This document shows positions 1 to 10,106 of a stretch of 64,000 nucleotides of DNA, piece by piece. How positions within the stretch are numbered: position 1 is the stretch's first letter; every line of letters begins with the position of its first letter. Source of the stretch: Bryobacterales bacterium (GTDB lineage Bacteria; Acidobacteriota; Terriglobia; Bryobacterales; UBA6623); the NCBI GenBank assembly GCA_963422375.2, contig OY729428.2:2944001-3008000 (forward strand), read 5' to 3'. The position numbers and the translations under genes were made by a program. The notes below the pieces were generated by a model. The model made no database searches, was not told the DNA's origin, and saw only the letters and a program-made list of their open reading frames with translations.

Positions 1-203
1 TCCCAAGGCGAAGATTTCGCTGGAATGTTACGACTAGGCCGAAATCCTGGCGATTCTGGGTAGAGGGCGGAAATCTTCGCGATTGGCGGCTGAGCAACTT
101 CCGACCTTGGGCGCTATATGTTGTGTTTGCGGCTCCATTCGACCTCAGGATGTAGTATGAAATGCTGATCGGGCCAGAATTCAGGGGTTTTGTCACAAGC
201 ACT
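1..203. mobile_element. MITE, copy 1 (left part outside window), inserted into the end of an IS1595 element
   Basis: 1-203 aligns with 53450-53651 and ends in the same TIR (GTTTTGTCACAAGCACT). It directly abuts the truncated IS1595 TIR ATATATCTGAGTGCCG. Confidence 0.85.
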
Positions 204-1581
204 ATATATCTGAGTGCCGACAACGCCATGTCCGACGAGAACTGCTGTGAGCAGGGAGGTCGGCGTCTGGCTCGGGTCATTCGAATGCGGCCGCGGTAGG
301 CACGGCAAGGTGGGATCGTATCTGAATCGAAGCTGCCAGCGGAATGGACGAGGCACGGATAAGAGAGGCCCCCTCGCATGCCCCGGTGGAATCCGGTTGG
401 CGGTGGAGGGCACCCCTTGCAAGCCGATTGCGTGCCCTCCGAGGGCCGAAGACAGCGGATCCCCGGCGCTCGACGGCCTGCATGGACGGTCCGGGCCGGA
501 CTCGGGTCGCGCCGGGGGATTCCGGATCCAGCGCGCCCCTCGCACCGAGCGTGAAGCGCATCGAGCGTGAAGCGTGCGTCGGCAGCGGGCTGCGGCGCTC
601 AGCGCGGAGGGCGCCGCTCGGGCCGCGACCGCGGCCTTGCCGGTCAGCTGCCGGTAGGTCAGCGTCCGGCCGACCAAGCCCCGCGCCATGCGCCGCATCT
701 GTTCCGCCGTGTCGCAGTCGCGGTCGTTGCACCGTCCCGCGAACTCCGTCAGGTAGCGACCCGGATGACGGACGCTCATCCGGTGACAGGTTCCGTAGAG
801 GCCGCGCTTGAACAGGGACCGGAACGACTCGATGCCGTTCGTATGCGCCGCCCCGCGCACGTACTCGCCGCCGGAGTGCCTGACGGCTTCGTGCGGGAAC
901 TCCGCCATGCCGGCGTAGGCCGCCGCCTCGTCGGAGCGGACCTGCGCGCCCGGCGCGGGCCTTCTTGCTCTCGTGCTTGTTGCGTTCCTTGCCGCCGACG
1001 CAAGTCTCGTCCACCTCCACCGGGCCGGCGAACAGGCCCTGATCCCGCTCCCAGCACGCGCGGATGCGGTGCGCCAGGTGTCAGGCCGACTTCCGGCTGA
1101 TTCCCAGATCGCGGTGCAGCTTCATGCTCGAGACGCCCTTGATGCCGGTGGTCAGCAGGAACAGGGCCACGGCCCAGGTGCGGTAGCCGAGCTTGGTGTC
1201 GGCCATCACGCTGCCGGTGCGCACGGCAAAGCGCTTGCCGCAGCCGCGGCAACGGTACGGCATCGAAGGGTGGGCCGTGCCGGACTGCACGCTGGAGCCG
1301 CGGCAGCGGGGGCATACCGGACCGTCGGGCCAGCGCATGGAGGCGAACCACTTTCCCGCGGATTCGTCATCGCGGAACATGGCGATCACTTCAATCAGAG
1401 TGATGCCTTTACGAAACCACTTCCCGGGACCTTTCTGCTTCATATACGATCTTATATCTTGGCACTATTCTACCAAGAAAAACTACCGAATGTCAACGGA
1501 ACTCCGGAAGAAAGAGGAAAATATCTAGTGACATGATAATTTGTCGGCTTGGTGCCCTCGGCACTCAGATATATAATTCCC
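204..1581 (-). mobile_element. IS1595-family element, copy A (degenerate)
   Basis: TIRs ATATATCTGAGTGCCG (204-219) and CGGCACTCAGATATATAATTCCC (1559-1581). Colinear with 30696-32287 and 56553-58002. Confidence 0.9.
625..1443 (-). pseudogene. IS1595/ISXO2-like transposase pseudogene
   Basis: Zn ribbon CPRC...YRCRGC, VDET motif and HTNGIES motif. Stop/frameshift at ~1081. Internal deletion at ~950 between GCGCCCGGCGCG microhomologies relative to copy C. The 3' end is approximate. Confidence 0.9.
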
Positions 1582-1942
1582 CTTTAGATGCCCGGCGGCC
1601 CCGCACGCCGGCGACTCGATTGGCGACCTCGCCGCGGCCGGCTCGACGGCTCACTTCGAATCCGCGGGGGCGCTTCGCATGGGGTACACGCGAACCGGAC
1701 CTGCCGGGGGCTTGCTATGCGAGGTGTCTCGTCCGCATGAGCAGGTCCCCACACTGGGCATCGAGCGACTACCCCGCTGCGACTGCGCCCCTGCGCCGAA
1801 TCAGGTGCCGCCTTCGCGTGTCTCCGTCGGCGCCGAGTCCAATGCACCGGCATCGACTTCCAGTAAACTCGTTGCGGCTGGTTGCGTCTCGCTGTCCGCT
1901 TCGCCACTCGAAGCCCCGCCCAGTTCAGGGCCACCGCCTCCA

Positions 1943-3472
1943 ATGCAGAAACTCATCGTTCTTGGCTCGCTGCTGGCCGCCGCCGCCCTCGCCCAGCCGA
2001 CCGAATTTCCCGTCAGCCTCCGCCAAGGGATCATGGCCGGAGAAGTAGCCGAGAACTCGGCGCTTCTGCAATCCCGGCTCACTTCGTCCGACCCCCTCCA
2101 AGATCCGCGCTGGGAGGGCGTGCGGGGCATCCGGGGCTGGGCCCACTTCGAAATCGCCGACAACGAGGCGTTTGAAGGCGCGCACCTGACGGATTGGATC
2201 GAGGCGTCGCCGTATTCCGACTTCATCGTCAAGCGCAAGGTCGGTGACCTGGATCCTGCCACGCGCTACTACTACCGGCTGCACTACGGCCAGGCGAAGG
2301 ACAGCTCCCGGACATCCGAGACCGCCACGTTTCGGACCTTGGCGGGCGGCGAGATCGCGGCCCCGTACAGCTTCGCCGTAGTCACCGGCATGAACTACTC
2401 ATTCTTTCACTTCACCGGGAGCAGCCGCCTCGGCCCGTACGAGGGTCCGGACAAGGATCTGGGCTATCCGGCCCTCGCCTCGATCCTCAAGCTGCGGCCC
2501 GACTTCTTCGTCGGCACCGGGGACAACGTCTACTACGACCACCCCGGCCATCGCGGTCGTGCCCAGACTCTCCACGAGATGCGCCGGAAGCACCACGAGC
2601 AGTACTCGCAGCCGCGCTTTCTCGACCTCTTCAAGAGCGTCGCGACCTACTGGATGAAGGACGACCACGACCACCGCTTCGACGATTCCGACGCGGTGAA
2701 CGCCGTTCGGATCCGCGCCTCCAAGCAGCTGGACTACTACCCGCGCACCAACATCCACGAGGGCGAGTCGGGCTCCGGCTTTCTCCCCTCCCACGATCTG
2801 GGAATCCAAGTCTTCCAAGAGCAGCTCCCCGTAGTCGACCCCGCAGAACGCGACCCGGTGACCTACCGCACACATCGGGTCAGCCGCGACCTGCAGGTAT
2901 GGCTTGTCGAGGGCCGCGACTACCGCAGTCCGCTGGATCAGCCCGACGGTCCCCGCAAGACCATCTGGGGCGAAGTGCAGAAGAAGTGGCTGCTGAGGAC
3001 TCTCGCGGAAAGCGACGCTACCTTCAAGCTATTGCTCTCCGCCACGCCGATGGTCGGACCCGACTCCAGCAGCAAGCGGGACAACCACACCAACATCAAC
3101 GGATACCGCCACGAGGGAGACGAGTTCTTCCGCCGCCTCGCCGAGAGCGGCGTCAGCGCGTCGGAATTCTTCGTGGCCTGCGGGGACCGCCACTGGCAGT
3201 ACCATTCGATCCGTCCCGACGGCTACGAAGAGTTCTCGTCCGGCGCCCTGGTCGACGCCAATGCCATCCTCGGGAGCTTCCCCGGCGACCCCGATACGAC
3301 GGATCCCGAGGGCAGGATCGAGCAGCCCTTCCACTCGCCCGAGGCAAGCGGGGGCTTCCTCGTGATCTCTGTCGTGCCCGACGGGGCCTCGGCACGGGCC
3401 GAGTTCCGCTTCTACGACGAGAAGGGCATGCTGCTCTACGAGCATGTGAAGACCGCGATCTCCGCGCGCTGA
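1943..3472 (+). CDS. Alkaline phosphatase D (PhoD-like) metallophosphatase, secreted
   Basis: Signal peptide MQKLIVLGSLLAAAALA, Fn3-like LDPATRYYYR, and GDNVYYD, DDHD, DNH and GDRHW motifs. Confidence 0.85.
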   Translation: MQKLIVLGSLLAAAALAQPTEFPVSLRQGIMAGEVAENSALLQSRLTSSDPLQDPRWEGVRGIRGWAHFEIADNEAFEGAHLTDWIEASPYSDFIVKRKVGDLDPATRYYYRLHYGQAKDSSRTSETATFRTLAGGEIAAPYSFAVVTGMNYSFFHFTGSSRLGPYEGPDKDLGYPALASILKLRPDFFVGTGDNVYYDHPGHRGRAQTLHEMRRKHHEQYSQPRFLDLFKSVATYWMKDDHDHRFDDSDAVNAVRIRASKQLDYYPRTNIHEGESGSGFLPSHDLGIQVFQEQLPVVDPAERDPVTYRTHRVSRDLQVWLVEGRDYRSPLDQPDGPRKTIWGEVQKKWLLRTLAESDATFKLLLSATPMVGPDSSSKRDNHTNINGYRHEGDEFFRRLAESGVSASEFFVACGDRHWQYHSIRPDGYEEFSSGALVDANAILGSFPGDPDTTDPEGRIEQPFHSPEASGGFLVISVVPDGASARAEFRFYDEKGMLLYEHVKTAISAR

Positions 3473-3485
3473 CCTCCGGGGGCGT

Positions 3486-4843
3486 TCATACGATCGGGAA
3501 GAACGTCGCCCCTAGGTAGGAAGCCAGCAGCCCCGCGCCTCCCAAGGCGAACAGGGACACGGTCTTCGTCTTGAGAGCCTCGACCTCCGTCAGCCCGGTC
3601 ATCGTCTTGAATACCCAGAAGCCGGAATCGTTCATCCAGCCGCCCACGATAGATCCCGCTCCGATTGCCGTCAGGATGTAGACCGCGTGATGGCCCGGCG
3701 GGCTTGCGATGATCAGCGGCGCTAGGATCTCGGACGTGGTGATCATGGCGGTGGTCGCGGAGCCTTGGGCGATGCGGAACAGCATCGAAACACCGAACCC
3801 GAGCAGCATGAGCGAGAGGCCCACTGCTGAGCGTACTCCCCGAGCACTGTCCCGACCTCGGCCTTGACCAGCATCCTTCCGAAGGCGCCTCCGCCCGCGG
3901 TGATTAGGATGATCAGGCCCGCGCTCTTGATCGCCTCCTCGGTGGGCTTCGCCAGCTGCCGCAGGGTCAGACCCTTGTGGGAGGCGAGCAGCCACAGCCC
4001 GGCGGCCGCGGCGATGATCAGCGCTAGGTTGGGATTGCCGAGAAAGGCCGTCACCCCGGCCAGCGCGCTGCCTGCGAAGAACGTGTTCGTAATGGTGTTG
4101 GCGGTGATCAGGATCACTGGTATCGCGATCGGCATGAGGGACACGAAGAAGCCCGGCAGCTCGCTCTCGGGCCGGTTGGCCACCTCCCGCAGTTCCTGCA
4201 GGCTCAGCCCGGGCGCTTCCCGGATCGGAATGTCGAGCTTGCGGTCGATCCACCACGCGTAGGCCCAGCACGCCAAGGCCGACGGCACGGCGACCAGGAG
4301 CCCGACGATGATCACCACGCCCAAGTCGATGCCGAGTGTCTCGGCCATCGCCAGCGGACCCGGCGTGGGCGGCACGAAGATGTGGGTCGTGACGCCGCCC
4401 GCTCCGATCGCCAAGGTGTACAGGAGGTAGTTGCGGCCGCCCGTGCGCATGCTCATCGACCGCGCCAGCGGCACGAGCAGATAGAAGACCGTGTCGTGGA
4501 AGACCGGGATAGACAGGATGTAGCCGCTTATCACCATCGAGAACGAGGAGTACTTCTCCCCGAGCCAAGCCACGAAGCGCCGGGTGATCTTCTCCGCACC
4601 GCCGCTCTGCATCAGGCACTGCCCGATGACGGCGGCCATCGAGATGGCGATGCCGATGCGGCCCACCAGTCCGCCGAACGCCTCGGTAACGGCTCCCATG
4701 ATGTCTTCGATGGCCACCTCGGGCGACAGGAGCCCGATCAGGATCGCGGACAGGATGAGGGCGGCGAAGGCGTTGACCTTCCAGCGAATGATCAGCAGGA
4801 AGACCGCCGCCATTGCGATCAAGAGAATCAGGATGGGATGCAT
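3486..4843 (-). pseudogene. GntP-family gluconate/H+ permease with one frameshift (~3820)
   Basis: Motifs VPPTPGP, ITAGGGAFG, RIAQGSATTAM and NDSGFW lie in two frames. One base is missing in a G run (CAGTGGGCCTC on the minus strand). Could be a sequencing error. Confidence 0.8.
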
Positions 4844-4889
4844 GGGACTTCCGAACAGCATATATCGGATTGCTATCCTGAATCGGACC

Positions 4890-5666
4890 ATGGCTGACGC
4901 GAACCTCAAGATCGACGCCGGGGCGCCGATCACCGTCCTCACGTTGGCGAATCCCGGGCATCGCAACGCCCTCTCGCTCGAGCTGATGGCGACCGTGACC
5001 GAGACAGTCCGACGAATCGGCGCGGACGCCGCGGTGCGGGCGGTCATCCTCCGCGCCGAAGGTTCGGTGTTCTCTTCCGGGCACGACCTGCGAGAGATGA
5101 CCGGCGGAGACCTGAGGCACTACAGGCACGTCTTCGACGTATGCACGGAGATGATGGAGGCAATCCAGGGGATTCCCCAGCCGGTGATCGCCCAAGTGGA
5201 CGGAATCGCGACCGCCGCGGGCTGCCAGCTCGTCGCCACATGCGACCTCGCGCTCGCTTCGGCTGAATCGCGGTTCGCGACTCCGGGCGTGAAGATCGGG
5301 CTCTTCTGCAGCACTCCGATGGTCGCGCTGACCCGCAGCATCGGGCGGAAGCGCGCGCTCGAGATGCTGATGACGGGCGAAATGATCGACGCCGGCCGCG
5401 CGGCCGAGTGGGGCTTGATCAACCGGGTCGTTCCTCGCGACGGGCTCGCGGAGGCTACCTGGGAGCTCGCTCGCAGCATCGCCGGCGCGAGCAGCCTGAC
5501 CGTCGGGCTGGGCAAGCAGGCGTTCTACTCGCAAATCGACCTGGACCAGCCCAAGGCGTACGACTACGCCAAGGAAGTGATGAGCATGAACGCGCTCGCT
5601 GCCGACGCGCAAGAAGGGATGTGCGCCTTTCTGGAGAAGCGACCGCCCGTGTGGACTGGCAACTGA
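4890..5666 (+). CDS. Enoyl-CoA hydratase/isomerase family protein
   Basis: FSSGHDL, ATAAGCQL, FATPGVKIG motifs and C-terminal EGMCAFLEKRPP. Confidence 0.92.
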   Translation: MADANLKIDAGAPITVLTLANPGHRNALSLELMATVTETVRRIGADAAVRAVILRAEGSVFSSGHDLREMTGGDLRHYRHVFDVCTEMMEAIQGIPQPVIAQVDGIATAAGCQLVATCDLALASAESRFATPGVKIGLFCSTPMVALTRSIGRKRALEMLMTGEMIDAGRAAEWGLINRVVPRDGLAEATWELARSIAGASSLTVGLGKQAFYSQIDLDQPKAYDYAKEVMSMNALAADAQEGMCAFLEKRPPVWTGN

Positions 5667-5669
5667 CTC

Positions 5670-5697
5670 TTCCGTGCGCCGCCGGGGCGCACCGGAA
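5670..5697 (+). terminator. GC-rich hairpin after the enoyl-CoA hydratase gene
   Basis: TTCCG-TGCGCC...GGCGCA-CCGGAA inverted repeat just after the stop codon. No clear U tract. Confidence 0.4.
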
Positions 5698-6379
5698 TCT
5701 GCTGGGGTCACCGCAAACGCCAGGTGCTCGAATCGGACACCCGTCGGCGCGCGGTCGGTGGCCGGTTGGCACAGCGACAGTGCCGCGGCTCCGGCACCTT
5801 CGGGACCGCCATTGCAACGGGATTGCCCAGAGGCCCGGCCACGCAACCGTCCGGGTCTCGAAGGGGCATCAGCGCAAGGGCAGGCCGCCTTTAGCAAATC
5901 GGTCGCTTTGCCAGGCCGTCGGACGGCGCCGCGGAGGCAGTCCTCGCGCGGCCGATCGGAACGGAGCCTGCCGCGGGCGGGCTCGCACTCGAATTGCTGG
6001 CCGGGAGCGGCGACGGCCGAGCGCCTGCGCAAGCGGAATCGCGGACCCTTTTCCGATGCGGGGCGATGCCCGATGCGCGCGGGGTGTTCGCGGCCCGAGA
6101 CAGACGCGGCCTCGCCGACTCCCGGACGGAGCGGGGACGAACGCGCCGGATTTCCAAGCGCAGCTTGAAGCGTCGCTAGCGTGAAGCACCCGGACGGAGC
6201 TGGACTGCGTCCTGTTCGGGTCCGACATCCGCGCGGTCCGTGCAGCTTGCCGGGCCGACCCGGCCGCGATGGCCTCCCTCGATCAGGGTCCGTTGCCGGG
6301 CAGGGCGACAGCCCCTGGTGCCGCTGACAAGTACCATCTGGGTTCCCCGGTCGGCGCGGCTGGCCAATCGGGCAGGGGC

Positions 6380-6407
6380 TTGACGGAGTCCAAACCGTTG
6401 GCATACT
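6380..6407 (+). promoter_or_regulatory. Putative sigma70 promoter of TonB receptor 1
   Basis: TTGACG-N16-CATACT with an extended -10 TG. Confidence 0.5.
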
Positions 6408-6546
6408 ATGGCGTCACGTCGGCATTTAGGCCGAGGCCCCTCACCGAGCGCATTGCTGCCTTGTCGCCGCCGGAGAACGCGGCGTATCGGCGCGGCCGAC
6501 TGGGTGGCCGATGGGATATCAAGAACGAGAGGAGAGTCTTTCTAGA

Positions 6547-9500
6547 ATGAGAACGCAAGCCTGCCTGCTGGCAACCCTCGGCTTGCTGGGCTTGGTGCCG
6601 CTAGCGGTAGCCCAACAAGCCGACACGGCGTTGATCGTCGGAACGGTCTCGGACACCACTGGGGCCGTGATCCCGGGTGTCAACATTACATTCAACAATG
6701 TGGAGACGGGCATCGCCTCCACCGCTCAGACCAACGAGTCTGGCGCGTACCGATCCAACCCCCTCCGGATCGGCACCTATATCGTGGTCGTCGAGGCGGA
6801 TGGCTTCAAGACCTACTCCGGTTCGGGCGTATCGCTGTCGATCGGCGACGTGCGCGAACTCAATGTCTCACTGGAAGTGGGCGCAGTCACCGAGGTCATC
6901 GAGGTGGAAGCGACGGCCCCGCTGCTCCAGACCACCGAGGCCTCGGCAGGAACGGTCATCGAGAACCGCCAGATCGTCGATCTTCCGCTGAACGGGCGGG
7001 ACTACTTGCAGCTGGCTGTCATCTCGGCCGGCACGGCCCCGCCACGCGGCCAGGGCATCTCGATCGGCGGCCAGCGGAGCACCGAAGTCAGCTTCATGAT
7101 CGACGGGGTCGACAACAACAATCAGTCGATCGCTTCCCAAGGGAACCAGAAGGAGGTCGTCAAGCCCTCGATCGACGCCCTCGCGGAGTTCAAGGTCATC
7201 ACCAACGGATTCTCGGCCGAGTACGGCAAGTCCTCGTCCGGCATCGTGTCCCTAGCGATCAAGTCGGGGACCAACGAGCTGCACGGCACGGGCTTCTACT
7301 TCATGCGGCACGAATCGCTTGACGCGTTGAATTACTTTCACCCGAAGGGCGTGCCCAAGCCCCAGTTCGGGCGGAAGCAGTACGGCTTCGCCGTGGGAGG
7401 GCCGATCAAGAGGAACAAGTCGTTCCTGTTCGGTGACGTCGAATGGACGGACATCCGGGAGACCTCGACGTTCGTCAGCCACATCCCGACGGCGGAGATG
7501 CGGAAGGGCAATCTCGCCGAGGACATTTCCAATGCGATTCACGATCCGCTGACCTGGGACGGCTCGATGCGTCAGCCGTTCGCCAACAACCTCATCCCGG
7601 AGCACCGCTTCGACCGCATATCCAATGTAGTAAGGAACTGGTACCCCGACCCCGATGCGCCGGGCATCCGTCGGAACTTCACCTTCCAGACGCCTCGGAA
7701 CAGGGACAACTACAAGTGGGACCTCCGCTTCGATCACAACTTCAGCGAAGCGGACAATCTCTTCGCCCGTTGGAGCGCCCAGCAGCAGCTGCGAGGCAGC
7801 ACGCCGGCGCTGCCGCCGACGGAATTCGGATCCATGACTCCCGGCGCGGGGAACGACGTCACGAGCAACAACGTGGCTGTCGGCTGGAACCGGATTTGGA
7901 GCCCCTCGCTGATCTCGAACTTCAGGGTCGGGTGGAACTACATTGACACCGACGTCGAGATTCACGACGACGTTCCCGGTAACATCAACTCCGAACTGGG
8001 TCTTCCGCGGTTCAACAACGGCTTGCGCGGGTTCATCTTCACCGGCATCGTGGGCTACAGGTCGCTGGGCAACAGCAATTGGAATCCGAACCTGATCCAA
8101 TCGCAGACGCGGCAGTTCTCCGCCGACAACACCTGGACCAGAGGCAACCACGCCATCAAGTTCGGCACGCAGCTGTTCTTCCTCCAGAGCTTCATCGACA
8201 ACCCGCAGACCGCCTTGGGCCGGATCGTTTTCCGACCGACCTTCACGGCTAGGAGCCCGACCGAAACCGCGAGCACCGGGGAGGCGTTCGGCGATTTCCT
8301 TCTGGGCTACGGCAACGAAGTCTGGGCTTCCAACACGGTGTACATGAACATGCGGTCGCCGTTCGTGCATTTCTATGTCCAAGACGACTGGAAGGTGAAC
8401 GACAGGCTGACCCTCAATCTTGGCCTGCGCTACGAGTACAACGCTCCGTGGACGGAAACGAAGGACGCCATCGGCGTGTTCGACCGGAACGGCGGACCGC
8501 GAGAACATAGTTCCTGGCAGGGATTCACGCGAGTCGCCAACCAAGATGGGAATTCGCGTTCGATTATCTCGCCCGACTATCTCAATTTCGGGCCGCGGCT
8601 CGGTTTCGCGTACAAGATCGCCGAGAAGACGGTGTTCCGCGTGGCGTACGGCATCTTCTACGGCAGCTTCTCGAACACGGGCGGCGGGGAGTTCATGGAA
8701 ACTCAGCCGCCGTTCCATTTCAAGGTGACGCTGAGATCCAACACCGAGATTCCGGAATTCCCGTTCGCGGACGGATTGCCGCCCGGATCCATCTCCGCCG
8801 CCAACGCGCAAGACGTGCAGATGTCCGCATGGGACTTGAACCCCGACCAGCCGATGGCCCAGAACTGGAACTTCAACCTGCAGCACTCGATGCCGGGCGA
8901 CGCATTGCTCGAAGTCGGTTACTTCGGCAACAAGATGAACCACATGATGGGGCGCTGGGACGACAACCAGCCTCGCCCCGGCCAGACGGTCTACGACCCT
9001 GTCCAAAGGCGCGAGTTCGGACCGAATTTCATCAACCAGCGCCGCCCGTGGCGCTACACTCACGTGCCCAGCGCGAGGCGGGGCGATGTGGAGTTCCCAG
9101 GGAGCAGCGAGAACGAATTCATCACGCTAGGACAGTCCAACACCCACTCGAACCGCTGGAACTCTCTGTACCACGGACTGCAGGCGAAGCTCGAGAAGCG
9201 CTATTCCCGCGGTCTCACCTACATCGCGTCGTACACCTGGTCGCACGCCATCGGTGACTGGCGGTCCATTCCCGGTTCCGGAGGGTCACCCGGCGAGAAC
9301 GCCCGCTACGTCCTCGACACGCTCGACCTGTCGAGGGAACGCGGTCCTACGCCCCAGGACATGCGCCATCGCTTCGTCGGCAGCGTCGTCTACGAGCTGC
9401 CGTTCGGGCAGGGCAAGCGATTCGGCAGCGGCTGGGGGACCGCGATGGACGCGGTTATCGGCGGATGGTCGGTCGGCACGATCTCGACGTTTACCACCGG

Positions 9501-9897
9501 CACGCCAGCGACTCCTTGGACTAGGGGTCTGCCCGCCAAGGTCGGCGGAGGCGACCGTCCCGACGTGGTGGCCGGGCAAGACACGATGCTACCGAACGCC
9601 GGCGCCAGCGGATGGTGGAACCCCGATGCGTTCGTGGCCAACGCCCCCTACACGTTCGGAAATTCCGGCAAGGGCATCTTGAGGATTCCCGGTCGCGCGC
9701 AGTGGGACTTTTCGGCATACAAGAGCTTCCGCTTCGGCGAGAAGTACTCGGCGCAATTCCGCTTCGAAGCGTTCAATTTCACCAATACCCCGAACTTCTT
9801 CGCTCCCGATACGGGCGTCGGCGGGCCTAATTTCGGCGTGATCAGCGGTGCTGCAACCCCGCGCAACCTGCAAATCGGCCTGAAGTTCATCTTCTAG
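6547..9897 (+). CDS. TonB-dependent receptor (Oar-like, N-terminal carboxypeptidase-regulatory-like domain)
   Basis: RBS GAGGAG, signal peptide, LPLNGRDYLQL, KSGTNELHG, YVQDDWKV...LTLNLGLRYE and C-terminal QIGLKFIF. Confidence 0.95.
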   Translation: MRTQACLLATLGLLGLVPLAVAQQADTALIVGTVSDTTGAVIPGVNITFNNVETGIASTAQTNESGAYRSNPLRIGTYIVVVEADGFKTYSGSGVSLSIGDVRELNVSLEVGAVTEVIEVEATAPLLQTTEASAGTVIENRQIVDLPLNGRDYLQLAVISAGTAPPRGQGISIGGQRSTEVSFMIDGVDNNNQSIASQGNQKEVVKPSIDALAEFKVITNGFSAEYGKSSSGIVSLAIKSGTNELHGTGFYFMRHESLDALNYFHPKGVPKPQFGRKQYGFAVGGPIKRNKSFLFGDVEWTDIRETSTFVSHIPTAEMRKGNLAEDISNAIHDPLTWDGSMRQPFANNLIPEHRFDRISNVVRNWYPDPDAPGIRRNFTFQTPRNRDNYKWDLRFDHNFSEADNLFARWSAQQQLRGSTPALPPTEFGSMTPGAGNDVTSNNVAVGWNRIWSPSLISNFRVGWNYIDTDVEIHDDVPGNINSELGLPRFNNGLRGFIFTGIVGYRSLGNSNWNPNLIQSQTRQFSADNTWTRGNHAIKFGTQLFFLQSFIDNPQTALGRIVFRPTFTARSPTETASTGEAFGDFLLGYGNEVWASNTVYMNMRSPFVHFYVQDDWKVNDRLTLNLGLRYEYNAPWTETKDAIGVFDRNGGPREHSSWQGFTRVANQDGNSRSIISPDYLNFGPRLGFAYKIAEKTVFRVAYGIFYGSFSNTGGGEFMETQPPFHFKVTLRSNTEIPEFPFADGLPPGSISAANAQDVQMSAWDLNPDQPMAQNWNFNLQHSMPGDALLEVGYFGNKMNHMMGRWDDNQPRPGQTVYDPVQRREFGPNFINQRRPWRYTHVPSARRGDVEFPGSSENEFITLGQSNTHSNRWNSLYHGLQAKLEKRYSRGLTYIASYTWSHAIGDWRSIPGSGGSPGENARYVLDTLDLSRERGPTPQDMRHRFVGSVVYELPFGQGKRFGSGWGTAMDAVIGGWSVGTISTFTTGTPATPWTRGLPAKVGGGDRPDVVAGQDTMLPNAGASGWWNPDAFVANAPYTFGNSGKGILRIPGRAQWDFSAYKSFRFGEKYSAQFRFEAFNFTNTPNFFAPDTGVGGPNFGVISGAATPRNLQIGLKFIF

Positions 9898-9914
9898 CGG
9901 CCTGAAACTCACGC

Positions 9915-9963
9915 GCCTCGCCCGCCCTCGCTCAGTTCGGAGCGGGACGGGCGAGGCCTTTCT
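9915..9963 (+). terminator. Intrinsic terminator
   Basis: GCCTCGCCCG...CGGGCGAGGC stem followed by a short T-rich tract. Confidence 0.65.
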
Positions 9964-10106
9964 GCGTCCGCTTGAGCGCAGGCCTGGTCCCGAAGCCCGG
10001 CATCGGGCGAGGGCCGTCCTCTCCGGGTCCGGCTAGGTCCCCCCGTTGGCAGCGCCTGTCGGCTCGGACCTGACCCGGGCTCGGCGAATCGATTTCAAGA
10101 TCCCGG

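Noticed and set aside
3486..6404. 972-aa minus-strand ORF and similar long ORFs (7252-9063, 10504-12618, 22700-24628, 38281-40170)
   Set aside because: Arg/Pro/Gly-rich shadow or off-frame ORFs expected at high GC. They overlap genes with clear family motifs, and only short parts belong to frameshifted genes.
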